A stretch of DNA of 64,000 nucleotides from a virus (IMGVR_UViG_2857429247_000001:32001-96000), one strand, 5' to 3'; shown: positions 19,297-29,178, counted from the first letter of the stretch. A program made the numbers and translations. The notes: generated from the sequence alone by a model not told the origin.

Positions 19297-19869
19297 AGCA
19301 ACCGCGGCCCCCTCGCCTGGACCACCACCGTCCTCCGCAGCCTCAAGGACGACCGCGCGGTCCGCGCCGACGTGCGCGAGCAGCGTCTCTCCGGCGGCCG
19401 GTTCAGCTGGCGCGGCGTCTCGAACCGCCGCTTCGTCACCACCCTCAAGCCGCGCGAACTGATGCCCCTCGGCTCGGTCGTCCTGGCTGTCTCCCGCAAC
19501 GAGGTCGGACTCGCCTCCCTGGTCGCGGTCGCCGCCTTCGAGGGCGACGCGGCCGCCTTCCTCGCCTTCCGCGCCCAGGCCCACGCCGCCGGCGCCTGCG
19601 AGCTGCAGATCCACACCCTGGCCGACACCGCCGCCGACCGCGCCGCGATGGTCGCCGACCTGCTCCCCGGCGCGAAGCTGAAGGTCATCGCCGCGCCCGC
19701 GCCGGCCGCCACCGCCGCCTACGACCGCAAGGCGATCATGGCCGCCGCCTGCGCCGCCGCGAAGGCCCGGCGCGCCGAGACCGGGGAGGCCTGGACCGCC
19801 TGCCTCGGACCGGCGCTCAAGGCCGCTTGGAGCGAGGCGCGCGCCGCCCGCGCCGCCGCCCAGCACTGA
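19294..19869 (+). CDS. hypothetical protein
   Basis: Strong SD and very high GC3; C-terminal YDRKAIM...LKAAW motif. Confidence 0.75.
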   Translation: MSNRGPLAWTTTVLRSLKDDRAVRADVREQRLSGGRFSWRGVSNRRFVTTLKPRELMPLGSVVLAVSRNEVGLASLVAVAAFEGDAAAFLAFRAQAHAAGACELQIHTLADTAADRAAMVADLLPGAKLKVIAAPAPAATAAYDRKAIMAAACAAAKARRAETGEAWTACLGPALKAAWSEARAARAAAQH

Positions 19870-19878
19870 GGATCCACG

Positions 19879-20226
19879 ATGCCCGCCCTCCAGCTCAGCT
19901 CCCACGCGGCCGTGCGGCGGCCGTCCGGCTGCATCGTGATCGCCTTCTCGCACGACGGGCGGGCCGAACCGCTGGGGCGGCGCATCGTGGCGGTCCGGAC
20001 GGCCGCGGAGGCGCGCCGCGCCTTCGACGCCTACGCGGCGGAGCTGCGCGCCACCGGCGCCAGCGCCCGGGCCGAGGGCGATCTCCTGCCCGGCGAGCGG
20101 GCGCCGCGCGGCTTCCGCGCCCTGGACCTGCGCACTTATGTGAACCTCGCCGCCTCGGCCGAGGCCGACGCGTTCACGCGTGAAGGCGTGGACCCGTCGA
20201 TAGCTGATCTGGAGGGCCCGTTCTGA
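19879..20226 (+). CDS. hypothetical protein
   Basis: GAGG SD; operonic. Confidence 0.65.
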   Translation: MPALQLSSHAAVRRPSGCIVIAFSHDGRAEPLGRRIVAVRTAAEARRAFDAYAAELRATGASARAEGDLLPGERAPRGFRALDLRTYVNLAASAEADAFTREGVDPSIADLEGPF

Positions 20227-20732
20227 TGGGCGCGCCATTCGTCCTGCCCGCCGGTGCGGGCCTTGAGATCCCCGCGCCCTTCGCGCTGCCCGATTTCGAC
20301 CCGTTCGACCCGAACACCTTCCCAGAGGAGTCGCCGGACGACGCGTGCTTCATCAGCCTGTCGAACGACCACGACCTCCACGCAATCGTGGACCGGCAGG
20401 ACTTCGCGTGGGCGAGGGCGCTCACGTGGTGCCACACCTACGGCTCGGGCGAGTTCGTCGAGCTCTTCCCGGACTACTGGGTCAGCCCGCGGCCGGATCA
20501 CATCTACGCCCGCAACTGCGCCGGCGGCACGACGCGCTGGCTGCACCGCGAGATCCTGATCCGGGCCGAGGGCAAGCCCCGGTTCGCGCGCGCCGTGGGC
20601 GACCATAAGAACGGCAACACCCTGGACTGCCGCCGCCGGAACCTGCGCTGGGCGACCCCCTCGCAGAACGCGCGCAACACCCCGCGCTCGGCCGTCCGCA
20701 AGCGCTTCCTCAAGCAGATGGGGCTCCGATGA
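20226..20732 (+). CDS. HNH endonuclease
   Basis: LHREIL...GDHKNGNTLDCRRRNLRWATPSQNARN. Confidence 0.85.
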   Translation: MGAPFVLPAGAGLEIPAPFALPDFDPFDPNTFPEESPDDACFISLSNDHDLHAIVDRQDFAWARALTWCHTYGSGEFVELFPDYWVSPRPDHIYARNCAGGTTRWLHREILIRAEGKPRFARAVGDHKNGNTLDCRRRNLRWATPSQNARNTPRSAVRKRFLKQMGLR

Positions 20733-21586
20733 TCGACACCTCCACGCTCAAGCCCGTCCAGCGCGACCATTTCCCGAATTATGCGGGCGTCAAGGACATC
20801 GACGACGCCCTGGCGGCCGAGCTGGAGGCGGCCGGCATCACGGTTCACCGGTTCGGCTTCCTCAAGGACGGTCGGCGCGAGGTCGACACCGAGGTAGTGG
20901 GCGATCTCCACGGCTGGGGCTTCCGGCGCGCCTGGTACTATTGGGTCGCCGAAGGTCCTGGCATCGAGTTGGCCGCCGCCGAGAAGCTGCACGCCGCCCA
21001 TGGGCAGCATGTTCGCGTGAACGGCCACTGCGGCTGCCCCAGCCCGCGCGAGCAGTTCAACGGCTTGGCCGTCGGCTCCTACCACGTCGACCGGCCGTCC
21101 GGGTTGAAGGCCCTCGCCGACACGATCCGCGAACTCGTCGAGCGCGCCGCGTCCCCTGCGGGGCCTCGGGACGGAAGCTTTCAGGCGCGCAACGCCGCCT
21201 GGATGGCGAAGGCCTTCGAGGGCGATGCGACCGATCTGGCCGAGCGGGTGGCCCGGTTCGGCGAGGAGTCGCTGGAGCTTCAGCAGGCGCTCGGCCTGAC
21301 GCGCGAGGATGCGCACCGGCTCGTCGACTATGTCTTCGACCGGCCGACCGGCTCACCGGCCACGGAGTTCGGCCAGGCGCATTCGACGCTGGTGCTCCTC
21401 GCCGCCTTCACCGGCCACGACCTGCAGGCCTGCGGGGAAGCTGAACTGGTCCGCGTGTCCACGCCCGAGTTCATCGCGAAGCTGCGGGGCAAGCGAGCGA
21501 CCCGACATGGGCGCGGCCCCCTGCCGGGCTTCTCGGCGCCGGGCACGAGCGGGCCGACAGCCCCTGTGGAGGCGGATCGTGGGTGA
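20729..21586 (+). CDS. two-domain protein with C-terminal MazG-like NTP pyrophosphohydrolase domain
   Basis: ERVARFGEESLELQQA...LVDYVFDRP.G..EFG. Confidence 0.55.
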   Translation: MIDTSTLKPVQRDHFPNYAGVKDIDDALAAELEAAGITVHRFGFLKDGRREVDTEVVGDLHGWGFRRAWYYWVAEGPGIELAAAEKLHAAHGQHVRVNGHCGCPSPREQFNGLAVGSYHVDRPSGLKALADTIRELVERAASPAGPRDGSFQARNAAWMAKAFEGDATDLAERVARFGEESLELQQALGLTREDAHRLVDYVFDRPTGSPATEFGQAHSTLVLLAAFTGHDLQACGEAELVRVSTPEFIAKLRGKRATRHGRGPLPGFSAPGTSGPTAPVEADRG

Positions 21587-21983
21587 GGCGCGCTTCTTCG
21601 TCGTCGACTTCCGTAAGGAATGGACCCGGCAGCCGTACATCACGCTCTGGGGGCCTGACAGCCGCGGCTACAACTGGTCGCTGTCGCACGCCGGCCGGTA
21701 CACCGCCGAGGAACTGGACCGCTCGGCCGGCTATCACACGCGGCGCCGGTACGTCGCCAGCCGGGGCGCCTACGTCGGCCCGTGGGAGCGCTTCGGCGTG
21801 CCCTGCGAGGTTCTGGAGCGCCTTGGCTCCGAGCCCGACACCGAGGGCCGCTGGCGCCTCGAAAATGGCGGTCGCCCCATCGTCCGCAACTCGGCTGCTG
21901 TCCGCAAGCTGCTGACCGCCAAGCGCTACGTGCCGAAGCCCGCCGAAGCCAATCCCCACCCCTTGAGCGGAGGGAACGCATGA
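21579..21983 (+). CDS. hypothetical phage protein
   Basis: GTG start with GGAGG; LWGPDSRGY..L..AGRY. Confidence 0.65.
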   Translation: MGEARFFVVDFRKEWTRQPYITLWGPDSRGYNWSLSHAGRYTAEELDRSAGYHTRRRYVASRGAYVGPWERFGVPCEVLERLGSEPDTEGRWRLENGGRPIVRNSAAVRKLLTAKRYVPKPAEANPHPLSGGNA

Positions 21984-22531
21984 GCGCGGTCATCTCACCC
22001 TGCGGACTGTACCGCTACCGGCTGGAGCGGAGCATCGGAGGCTTCCTGGCCGGGCCGACCGTGGCCTGGATCATGGTCAACCCGTCGACCGCCGACGCCG
22101 AGACGGATGACGCGACGATCCGGAAGGTGATCGGCTTCTCCGAGCGCCTTGGGTTCGGCGACATCGTGGTCGGCAACCTGTTCGCCTTCCGGGCAACGGA
22201 CATCCGAGAACTGCGGACCGCTGCTGACCCCATCGGCCCGTTCGGAGGGGACTACCTTCGCGCGATCATGCGCGGGGCCGAGAAGGTGATCGTCGCCTGG
22301 GGGCCGTGCGCGAAGTTGCCTCGTTGGCTGCGCAGCCGCTGGATGGAAGTCGCCGGCATCGCAGAGGCGAATAGCATCCCGCTTTGGTGCCTCGGCACGG
22401 CGCAGGACGGACATCCGCTGCACCCGCTGATGCTCGGTTACGAGCGCCGGCTGAGCCTCTGGCAGCGGCCCGACCAAGCCTCCGCGCCCACCCCTTCCCC
22501 CGACCCGGCGAGCGGCGAGGCGGCGGTATGA
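21980..22531 (+). CDS. DUF1643 domain protein
   Basis: ISPCGLYRYRL, IMVNPSTAD...DDATIRK, NLFAFRATD, VAWG, PLHPL. Confidence 0.88.
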   Translation: MSAVISPCGLYRYRLERSIGGFLAGPTVAWIMVNPSTADAETDDATIRKVIGFSERLGFGDIVVGNLFAFRATDIRELRTAADPIGPFGGDYLRAIMRGAEKVIVAWGPCAKLPRWLRSRWMEVAGIAEANSIPLWCLGTAQDGHPLHPLMLGYERRLSLWQRPDQASAPTPSPDPASGEAAV

Positions 22532-22896
22532 TGACCCCTTTCATCAGCCCATGGCCAGCGCATGTCCCTCACATCGGCGGCATCCGTATCGTCGCCAGCG
22601 AGGCCATGCCGACAGACACGGTCGAAGACTGGTCACAGGTGCGCTCGCCATCGCGGGCGGCCCGACGGCAACGCCAGGGGCATCGCCAGCGGATCATCTA
22701 TCGGCAGGTGCCTAGGCGCGAAATCCTGCACATGCCGGCGCAGAACCTGCTGTTCATGCACCCAGTCGTGTTGCGCGAGTTCCAAGCGGCGCTGAAGCGG
22801 CGCGAGGCGACCAACGACTATTGGGCCGCGGTGAAGAAGGCGCTTCTGGACGTCGGGTGCCGGCAAGCCGCTGCCAGCATGGGAGGCTCACGATGA
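22528..22896 (+). CDS. hypothetical protein
   Basis: ATGA overlap; EDWSQVRSPSRAARR motif. Confidence 0.6.
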   Translation: MMTPFISPWPAHVPHIGGIRIVASEAMPTDTVEDWSQVRSPSRAARRQRQGHRQRIIYRQVPRREILHMPAQNLLFMHPVVLREFQAALKRREATNDYWAAVKKALLDVGCRQAAASMGGSR

Positions 22897-22966
22897 GCTT
22901 CGACCCTCCATCCCTTGCCCTTGCCGCCCTCCTCGGCGCGCTCGCGATCACTGCGGGAGACCGTTC

Positions 22967-23218
22967 ATGAACGACGCCTTCACCTTGCTGTGGCGCTGGA
23001 TCGTCGGACCGCGCCTCTACCGGCTCCAATTCTTCATGCGCTCCGGCAACCAGTTCATCCTGGACGGCGTCGAGAGCTACGAGATCGAGAACCGAGGCGA
23101 CGAGATCTTCCGACTGCACCTGAAGCAGAAAGGGAGCCGCAATCGGCTGCTCGTGAAGACGATCGCTCTCGCTCAGATTGAAGCGATTGTGGTCCTGTCC
23201 GGAAAGACCCCGGCATGA
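22967..23218 (+). CDS. hypothetical protein
   Basis: GGGAG SD; operonic overlap. Confidence 0.6.
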   Translation: MNDAFTLLWRWIVGPRLYRLQFFMRSGNQFILDGVESYEIENRGDEIFRLHLKQKGSRNRLLVKTIALAQIEAIVVLSGKTPA

Positions 23219-23370
23219 CCGTGACCGCCTCCCTCGCCCTGGCCACCGGTCTGCTCGCCTACGCCGCCGCATCAGGTGCTTTCGTTGGCCACCTCTTGGC
23301 CCCGCCTATCCGCGCAGCCGGTCAACGACGGACGTGGGGACGGGGACTGATCCGAAATCCGAACCGATAG
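23215..23370 (+). CDS. small membrane protein
   Basis: ATGA overlap; hydrophobic N-terminal half. Confidence 0.4.
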   Translation: MTVTASLALATGLLAYAAASGAFVGHLLAPPIRAAGQRRTWGRGLIRNPNR

Positions 23371-23373
23371 GAG

Positions 23374-23847
23374 ATGACGATGCTGAGTGCAGTCGAGCAA
23401 GCCGCCGCAGAGGCGATCTACACCGCGCTGGAGGAGCGCCACACACTGACGCCGGAGGAGCAGGCGCTGAAGCCGTCCGAGCTGGCAGCCCGCCGTGCTC
23501 TGGCTGCCGCTGCAACGGCACAGGCGAGCACCGAGGCTGGCGATGGCTGGTCCTGGGCGGTCATTGAGGTCATGGGCCACCGCCGCCACGTCGGCCGCGT
23601 CCGCGAAGAGATGCGCTACGGCGTGCCCATGGTCCGGGTGGACGTGCCGATTGACGGCGATCCCGAGGCCAAGGGCTGGCTGACCCACTTCTATCCTGGC
23701 TCCGCGCTCTTCGGCGAGACGCCGTGCACCCGAGACGCCGCGCTGAAGGCGAACAAGCCCTATGAGCGCCCTGCGCAGCTCACTCTTCCTGCTCGGTACG
23801 CGGACGCAGACAGCGATCTCGGCGACGATCCCGACATGCCGCTCTGA
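23374..23847 (+). CDS. hypothetical phage protein
   Basis: WAVIEVMGHRRHVGRV...VRVDVP motif; AGGAG SD. Confidence 0.7.
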   Translation: MTMLSAVEQAAAEAIYTALEERHTLTPEEQALKPSELAARRALAAAATAQASTEAGDGWSWAVIEVMGHRRHVGRVREEMRYGVPMVRVDVPIDGDPEAKGWLTHFYPGSALFGETPCTRDAALKANKPYERPAQLTLPARYADADSDLGDDPDMPL

Positions 23848-23902
23848 CCGCCTTCCCGACCACACCCGCACCCATACCGCGAGAACAGAGGAGCCCTGAG
23901 CT

Positions 23903-24577
23903 ATGCCCGATTCCAGCACCATCGCACGCGAAGGCGATCAACCCTGCATCTCAACCCGCGACCAGTTCCCCGAGCGCCGGGGCGACTGGATGCAGACCTT
24001 CTCGGGCAGGCGTTTCTGGCCGCTCCACCCGCGGGCAGAGGACGTCTGCGTCGAGGATATTGCCCATGCCCTGTCGCTTCAGTGCCGCTACGGCGGCCAC
24101 TGCTTGTGGTTCTACTCGGTGGCCGAGCACAGCGTGCTGCTCGCAAAATGGGTTTTAGATCATGGCGCCGGCAGCATCGGCGACCGCATGCACCTCGCCC
24201 TGTGGCTCCTGCTGCACGACGGCGGCGAGAGCTACGTTTCCGACATGGTGCGGCCGCTCAAGCGGCACATGCCGGAATTTCGGAACGTCGAAGACGGCGT
24301 CACTTGGGCGATCTACGAGCGCTTCGGCCTGGATCCGGCCATGGAGCCTCGCGAGGTCAAGCAGCTCGACAACCGGATCCTGATGGACGAGCGGGCGCAG
24401 GTTATGTGCCCGACCGGCGATGATTGGCACTTCGGCGGCGAGACCGAGCCGCTGGGCGTAAAGCTGCAGTTCTGGTCGCCCGAACGCGCCGAGCAAGAAT
24501 TTCTGGCGATGTTCGGGCATCTCGCCGCTCCGTCCGACATGGCGGCACCCCCCGCTCTCACCACCTCGGAGGCCTGA
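23903..24577 (+). CDS. HD-domain 5'-deoxynucleotidase (YfbR/YfdR-like)
   Basis: DIAHALS..CRYGGH, YSVAEHS, LLHDGGESY, D..IL..E. Confidence 0.9.
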   Translation: MPDSSTIAREGDQPCISTRDQFPERRGDWMQTFSGRRFWPLHPRAEDVCVEDIAHALSLQCRYGGHCLWFYSVAEHSVLLAKWVLDHGAGSIGDRMHLALWLLLHDGGESYVSDMVRPLKRHMPEFRNVEDGVTWAIYERFGLDPAMEPREVKQLDNRILMDERAQVMCPTGDDWHFGGETEPLGVKLQFWSPERAEQEFLAMFGHLAAPSDMAAPPALTTSEA

Positions 24578-24581
24578 GACC

Positions 24582-24782
24582 ATGCCGGACATCAGCATGT
24601 GCCCCAGCGAGGACTGTCCGATCCGCGGCGACTGCTACCGGAACGAAGCCAGCGGGACGCGGCCGAACGAGCGCTGGCAGTCCTACAGCGCCTTCACGTG
24701 GCAATCCGTGGCCGATGGCGACACCATCCTCTGCGACGGCTTCTGCCCTGCCCGTCCTGCTCTCACTCCCTCGGAGCTTTGA
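24582..24782 (+). CDS. small Cys-rich protein
   Basis: DISMC....CP....CYR...C; GGAGG SD. Confidence 0.65.
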   Translation: MPDISMCPSEDCPIRGDCYRNEASGTRPNERWQSYSAFTWQSVADGDTILCDGFCPARPALTPSEL

Positions 24783-24784
24783 CC

Positions 24785-25795
24785 ATGTCCTCCGCAACCA
24801 AAGCACCGGGCGCTGAAGGGCCGGGCGCCTACGGGATCCCCGGCCTCCCTGACCGGCTAAGCCAGTCCGACCAGCTTCGGATCTTCAGCGCCTACTACGT
24901 CGATAGCCTGCCGGCAGAGGCTGCCGCCGAGCTGTGCGAGCTTGCCGACGAATGGGATGAGCAGATCGCATCCGCCCCCGCACCTTCTGATCCAGCCGGA
25001 GCTGGCGGGGATCTGGGGGAACTGGAAAGGCTGAGCAAGGCGGCCACGCCCGGCATGGCCCGCGCCTACATGGACAAGTATCGACTGCGGGTCGGCCCGG
25101 AAGACAGCACTTTCGAAACCGAGTTCACGACGGTCGCAGTCACGTCGACCTGTGACAAGGCCGGCTCCAACCTCGTCTATCTCGCTGCGCTCTGGAACGC
25201 TCACCGCTCCGGCCAGCTCGTCGCCTCGACACCGGGACAAAAGGGCGCGGGAGAGGAGAAGACGGGCGCGTCCTCCGGACCGGGCTCTCGTGAACCGGGC
25301 CCTTCGGTCCCGGCCTCCGGCTTCGATCCCTCTCGCGGCTTTGCGGAGATCAGAGCGAAGCAGGCCACCCTGGGCCTCGGACTCGTCGACATCACCATCA
25401 TCCGCCACGAGGGCAAGGCAGGTGTCCTGTTCAGCCCTCGCGGGGAGCACGTCGAGTTCGGCGATGAGGGGCGCATTGAAGCCGGTGAGCATTGGCCGGG
25501 CCCAGACGACATCGTGCTCTGGGTCGAAGGCAAGGGACCAAGGGTCGCTATCTCACATCTGGCACAGCTCGGGCCCGAGGGCCCGCCCGCAATGTCGGAA
25601 TGGGAAGCTCTGGAGGTTATCGGGCAACTGCCGGCAGCTCTGACGGCCGACGAGCACGCCAGCGCGTTCCGTTCGGCAGCGACCCGATGCGCTTCGACGG
25701 CGCCCGCCCGGTCCCGTCGGCTGGACGCCCGCGCGGATAAGATCGAACTCGCCCTCCGCACCCTTCACGCTGCCGGGGAGGTGCGCCATGGATGA
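24785..25795 (+). CDS. hypothetical mosaic phage protein
   Basis: ATG at 24785 with GGAG; LERLSKAATPG (Ead/Ea22-like) segment. Confidence 0.6.
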   Translation: MSSATKAPGAEGPGAYGIPGLPDRLSQSDQLRIFSAYYVDSLPAEAAAELCELADEWDEQIASAPAPSDPAGAGGDLGELERLSKAATPGMARAYMDKYRLRVGPEDSTFETEFTTVAVTSTCDKAGSNLVYLAALWNAHRSGQLVASTPGQKGAGEEKTGASSGPGSREPGPSVPASGFDPSRGFAEIRAKQATLGLGLVDITIIRHEGKAGVLFSPRGEHVEFGDEGRIEAGEHWPGPDDIVLWVEGKGPRVAISHLAQLGPEGPPAMSEWEALEVIGQLPAALTADEHASAFRSAATRCASTAPARSRRLDARADKIELALRTLHAAGEVRHG

Positions 25796-25994
25796 TCGGC
25801 TGACCGGCGTCATCGACTGCTCAAGCCGGTGCATGATCCCGGCCGGCGTCACGCTCGTTCGGGTGCCAAAGCCTCGGCACGCTTGGGGTGACGTGATCGT
25901 CTGCCCGATCTGCGACAGCGCCTTTCTCAAGCTGCCTCAGGGCACAGAAGCCCCCTCCGAGTCCCCGTCCACCAAGGAGGCGTCGGATGCTTGA
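25788..25994 (+). CDS. small Zn-ribbon protein
   Basis: CSSRC...CPIC; GGAGG SD. Confidence 0.6.
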   Translation: MDDRLTGVIDCSSRCMIPAGVTLVRVPKPRHAWGDVIVCPICDSAFLKLPQGTEAPSESPSTKEASDA

Positions 25995-26442
25995 GAGCCC
26001 CGCCACCGATCCCGGCCGGGCGGCCGAGGAGATGCGGGAGGTCAGATACCTTCGCGCTGTGATCGACACCCTGCGACAGGAACTCGTCACCGAACGCAAG
26101 CTTGTGAAGGGCTTCGAAGCCGATCTCATCGCTGCACGGAAGGAGCGGGATGCACTCTCGGCGATTGTCATGGCCGACGATGCCAAGGCGCTCGCCGAGT
26201 ACGAATGGGAGCGGGCCAACAAGCTGGCCGACGAAGCCGACCAACTCCGCGCTCGTCTCCACGAGGCTGAGAAGGGGAAAATAGTCGACCTCGATACGGC
26301 GATGAAGCGCGGCATCCGATCTTGGTCCGCCAAACTGCACATCCCGGTCACGCGGATGATGTCGCGGGTCCTCCGCGAAGAAATCCACGCCGCCCTCACC
26401 CCCGCACCAGAAGCAACCCAAGAGGCAGGCGATGGCCGCTGA
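25987..26442 (+). CDS. coiled-coil hypothetical protein
   Basis: AGGAGG SD; heptad-like charge pattern. Confidence 0.65.
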   Translation: MLESPATDPGRAAEEMREVRYLRAVIDTLRQELVTERKLVKGFEADLIAARKERDALSAIVMADDAKALAEYEWERANKLADEADQLRARLHEAEKGKIVDLDTAMKRGIRSWSAKLHIPVTRMMSRVLREEIHAALTPAPEATQEAGDGR

Positions 26443-26818
26443 TCAGATTGAGACGCTGAAGGGCCTGCTGGAACGGGTGAAGGCTGCCGAGGACGGCTCT
26501 CACCCACTGAACGTCGAGGTCGGCCGGGCGATGAACCGACTCACAGATCCGGTGCGTCTCCATCACCTCGAGCACATGCCGCTCGGCCTCGTCGGCCCGG
26601 AATGGGAGCCGGGCGGTGCCGAGTTCGAGGCGGCGCGCGCCTCGACTGCGAAAGCCCTGACCAAGCTGGCGCGGGTGGATTGGCCGACGGACGAGGTGAT
26701 GGACTGGGAAGTTCGGTCCTGGCTGCGACAGCAGCACTACGGCGATCCCGGGATGGCCGGCTTGCGCGCGGCCGCCTCGGCCGACGATGTGGCCGAGGCG
26801 AGAGGGCGACGGCTGTGA
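26432..26818 (+). CDS. hypothetical protein
   Basis: Operonic overlap. Confidence 0.6.
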   Translation: MAADQIETLKGLLERVKAAEDGSHPLNVEVGRAMNRLTDPVRLHHLEHMPLGLVGPEWEPGGAEFEAARASTAKALTKLARVDWPTDEVMDWEVRSWLRQQHYGDPGMAGLRAAASADDVAEARGRRL

Positions 26819-27294
26819 CCCGACGCTACGCCGCCGACACGTCAGTTCCGATGGATCGGAGCATCGCCGAGATCTGGACCACCGTCCGGCGCTACGGCGC
26901 GACCGAGTTCGCCCACATGGAGCGTGAGGCCGAGGCCGCGATCGGCTTCACGATGCGCGGGCGCCGGATCCTTTTCCGGCTCGCCATGCCGAACCCAAAG
27001 GACCGCGCCTTCACCCACACGCAGACCAAGCGGCAGCCGCGCTCGGCCGCCGGCGCCCACGAGGCCTGGGAGCAGGCGTGTCGCTCGCGCTGGCGCGCGC
27101 TCGCCTTGGCGATCAAGGCGAAGCTCGAGGCCGTTGAGATCGGCATCGTCACCTTCGAGGACGAGTTCCTCGCCAGCACGATACCGCCCGGGTCGAGCAT
27201 CACCTTCGGCGAGATGGTGCGGGAGGACATGCGGCTCTCGCACGAGCGCGGCGAGCTGAAGCCGCTCCTCCCCTATCTCGGCCCGAGCACATAG
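26815..27294 (+). CDS. hypothetical phage protein
   Basis: YAADTSVP..RS.AEI; QACRSRWRAL.L.IKAKLEAVE.GI.TFE.EFL. Confidence 0.75.
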   Translation: MTRRYAADTSVPMDRSIAEIWTTVRRYGATEFAHMEREAEAAIGFTMRGRRILFRLAMPNPKDRAFTHTQTKRQPRSAAGAHEAWEQACRSRWRALALAIKAKLEAVEIGIVTFEDEFLASTIPPGSSITFGEMVREDMRLSHERGELKPLLPYLGPST

Positions 27295-27579
27295 ATGGCG
27301 CCGCCGGAGCCACGCTGGCTGGATCCCGCCGCGCCCCGGCTCGCCCACCTGACCCGCGCGCATCTTCTCGCGATCGAGGCGGAGGCGCTGCGCGCGTGGC
27401 GGGCGTGGTTCGACGGGCTCGGAATCCCGTTCGTCGCGCGGGCGCGGCGCTGGCCGGACGAGATCGACTGCGCGACTGGGTTGTGGCCCCGTTGCCTGTT
27501 CGAGGCCGGCGTGCGCCTGGGCCTGCTGCCGTCGGGTGATGCAAATGCAGCGAAAGCCGCAAAAAACGCGGCAGCGTGA
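27295..27579 (+). CDS. hypothetical protein
   Basis: Abuts the previous stop. Confidence 0.5.
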   Translation: MAPPEPRWLDPAAPRLAHLTRAHLLAIEAEALRAWRAWFDGLGIPFVARARRWPDEIDCATGLWPRCLFEAGVRLGLLPSGDANAAKAAKNAAA

Positions 27580-27583
27580 AAAA

Positions 27584-27680
27584 AGGGGCTTCCCCCCAAG
27601 TATCACTTGTGGCACGTCTGATGGCGCAAAGATGTCTTCGGCCCCGGCGGAACCCCCGTCCGGGGCCGTCGCCGTTTTTG
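27584..27680 (+). promoter_or_regulatory. 26-bp motif plus hairpin, copy 1
   Basis: AGGGGCTTCCCCCCAAGTATCACTTG, then hairpin 27639-27668 with T-rich tail. Confidence 0.7.
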
Positions 27681-28150
27681 GCTATCCCTCACAATCGAAC
27701 ATCGATCCGATTGGCACCAACACGGTGAGACCAATGAAGTAGACCTGCGCGCGCATGCGCCTCCCGTATTAGCAGGATAGCGGCCTCACACAGCCTGCCG
27801 GGCAACTATAGCTCGACGCCGGCCCGCCGTACGTAAATCCTTCGCACAGCCCGAATGGGCATAGGCCCGCACTCGTGTGTGGGCGATCATCCTGGACCAA
27901 CAGACGAACCCCGTTATGGGCTTGGGCCTCGGCTAAGCGCGAGGCGGCTTAGGGGGGAGTTGAGGCGGATCGACAAAGCACGTTCACGACCCGGTCGCTC
28001 AACCCGGAATTCAGAGCCAAGGCCCCTGTGAGGTGAGGGCGGACCAGCACGCCAAGGTGCCTGCCCCCTGGTGCCATCGAGCGCCAGGGCGCGAGTTTTG
28101 CCCGAACGGGCATCCGTCCTGACGTCGCAAGCCTGTAAACCCGCGCGCCC
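27681..28150 (+). ncRNA. candidate large structured non-coding RNA
   Basis: No credible ORF; many local hairpins and nested long-range helices. Confidence 0.4.
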
Positions 28151-28348
28151 CGGCTGATCGTCGAGCGGGCGGCGAACACGCGCAGGCCTCGCGAACGCGA
28201 GCCGCCACCGTCCCGACCTCCGCGGCCGCCCTCTCCGGCCGGCGGACTGCCGCCGGGCCGTGGCGCAGAAGCCGGAGTCGCGTCCGGTCGACGTCATCGA
28301 TCAACCCACGGTCTGGCAGTTGCCGGCCAGCAACCCAGTCAGGTCCCC

Positions 28349-28663
28349 ATGGATGAGGCCAAGTTCCGCGCCGCGATCGCGGCCGAGATCCGCACGTTCG
28401 CCAAGCGCGTCGACGGTCTGAAGCTCGCCGATCGCCGCGATCCCGAGAAGCCGGTCCTGGAGAAGATCGCTCTCGCCCAGGAGATGCGCAAGCGCGCCGA
28501 CCAGCTCGTGCGCGAGATGGCGCCGCCAGAGGGCGGGCTCGCCCTGGCCAAGGTGGTGTTCGGCACGAGCGGGCGCGTCGCGCAGGTCGAGCGCGGCACG
28601 GTCGCGGTGCGGGCGCCGCACGCGCGCCGGGCCGGACGGATCGGCCTGAAGCTGGCGGCCTGA
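28349..28663 (+). CDS. hypothetical protein
   Basis: High GC3; 104 aa. Confidence 0.7.
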   Translation: MDEAKFRAAIAAEIRTFAKRVDGLKLADRRDPEKPVLEKIALAQEMRKRADQLVREMAPPEGGLALAKVVFGTSGRVAQVERGTVAVRAPHARRAGRIGLKLAA

Positions 28664-28665
28664 CC

Positions 28666-28875
28666 ATGGCGATGCGCATCGCCTTCTGGACCGCGCTCCA
28701 GCCCGACAACCGGGAGGGCGCCGTCGCGATCGCCTCCGAGGCGAGCACGCGCACGGTGGCGCTCACCGTGAAGGACGCGGTCAGCGACCAGGCGTCCTCG
28801 CTGATCCTGCCGGCCCCGCGGGTGCGCCGCCTGATCGCTGACCTGCAGGAGGCCCTGCGCCACCTCGAGGACTGA
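28666..28875 (+). CDS. hypothetical protein
   Basis: Operonic; 69 aa. Confidence 0.6.
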   Translation: MAMRIAFWTALQPDNREGAVAIASEASTRTVALTVKDAVSDQASSLILPAPRVRRLIADLQEALRHLED

Positions 28876-28945
28876 CCCGACCGGTCCAAGCGGCGTGGAG
28901 CCGATCCAACCACCGGCCCGAGCCGAAGCCAGGAGGGAGCCGACC

Positions 28946-29152
28946 ATGCGCGCGTTCCGACACCTCGCACTGCCCGCCGCGATCCTGGCCCTCATCGCCC
29001 TGTGGGTGTTCATCCTGTCCGGGCCGGCGCAGGTCGATTATCCGCCCGCGACCAAGCTGGGGCTCGTGGCGGACCTGCTCGTGCTCCTCGCTGCCGTTGG
29101 CGTCGCTCTCGACGAGCGGAGCCGTTACCGCGGAGGCGAAGACGATTTATAG
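28946..29152 (+). CDS. two-TM small membrane protein
   Basis: AGGAGG SD; two hydrophobic segments. Confidence 0.65.
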   Translation: MRAFRHLALPAAILALIALWVFILSGPAQVDYPPATKLGLVADLLVLLAAVGVALDERSRYRGGEDDL

Positions 29153-29178
29153 AGCTTAGATCCTCCGAGGATCTACTT

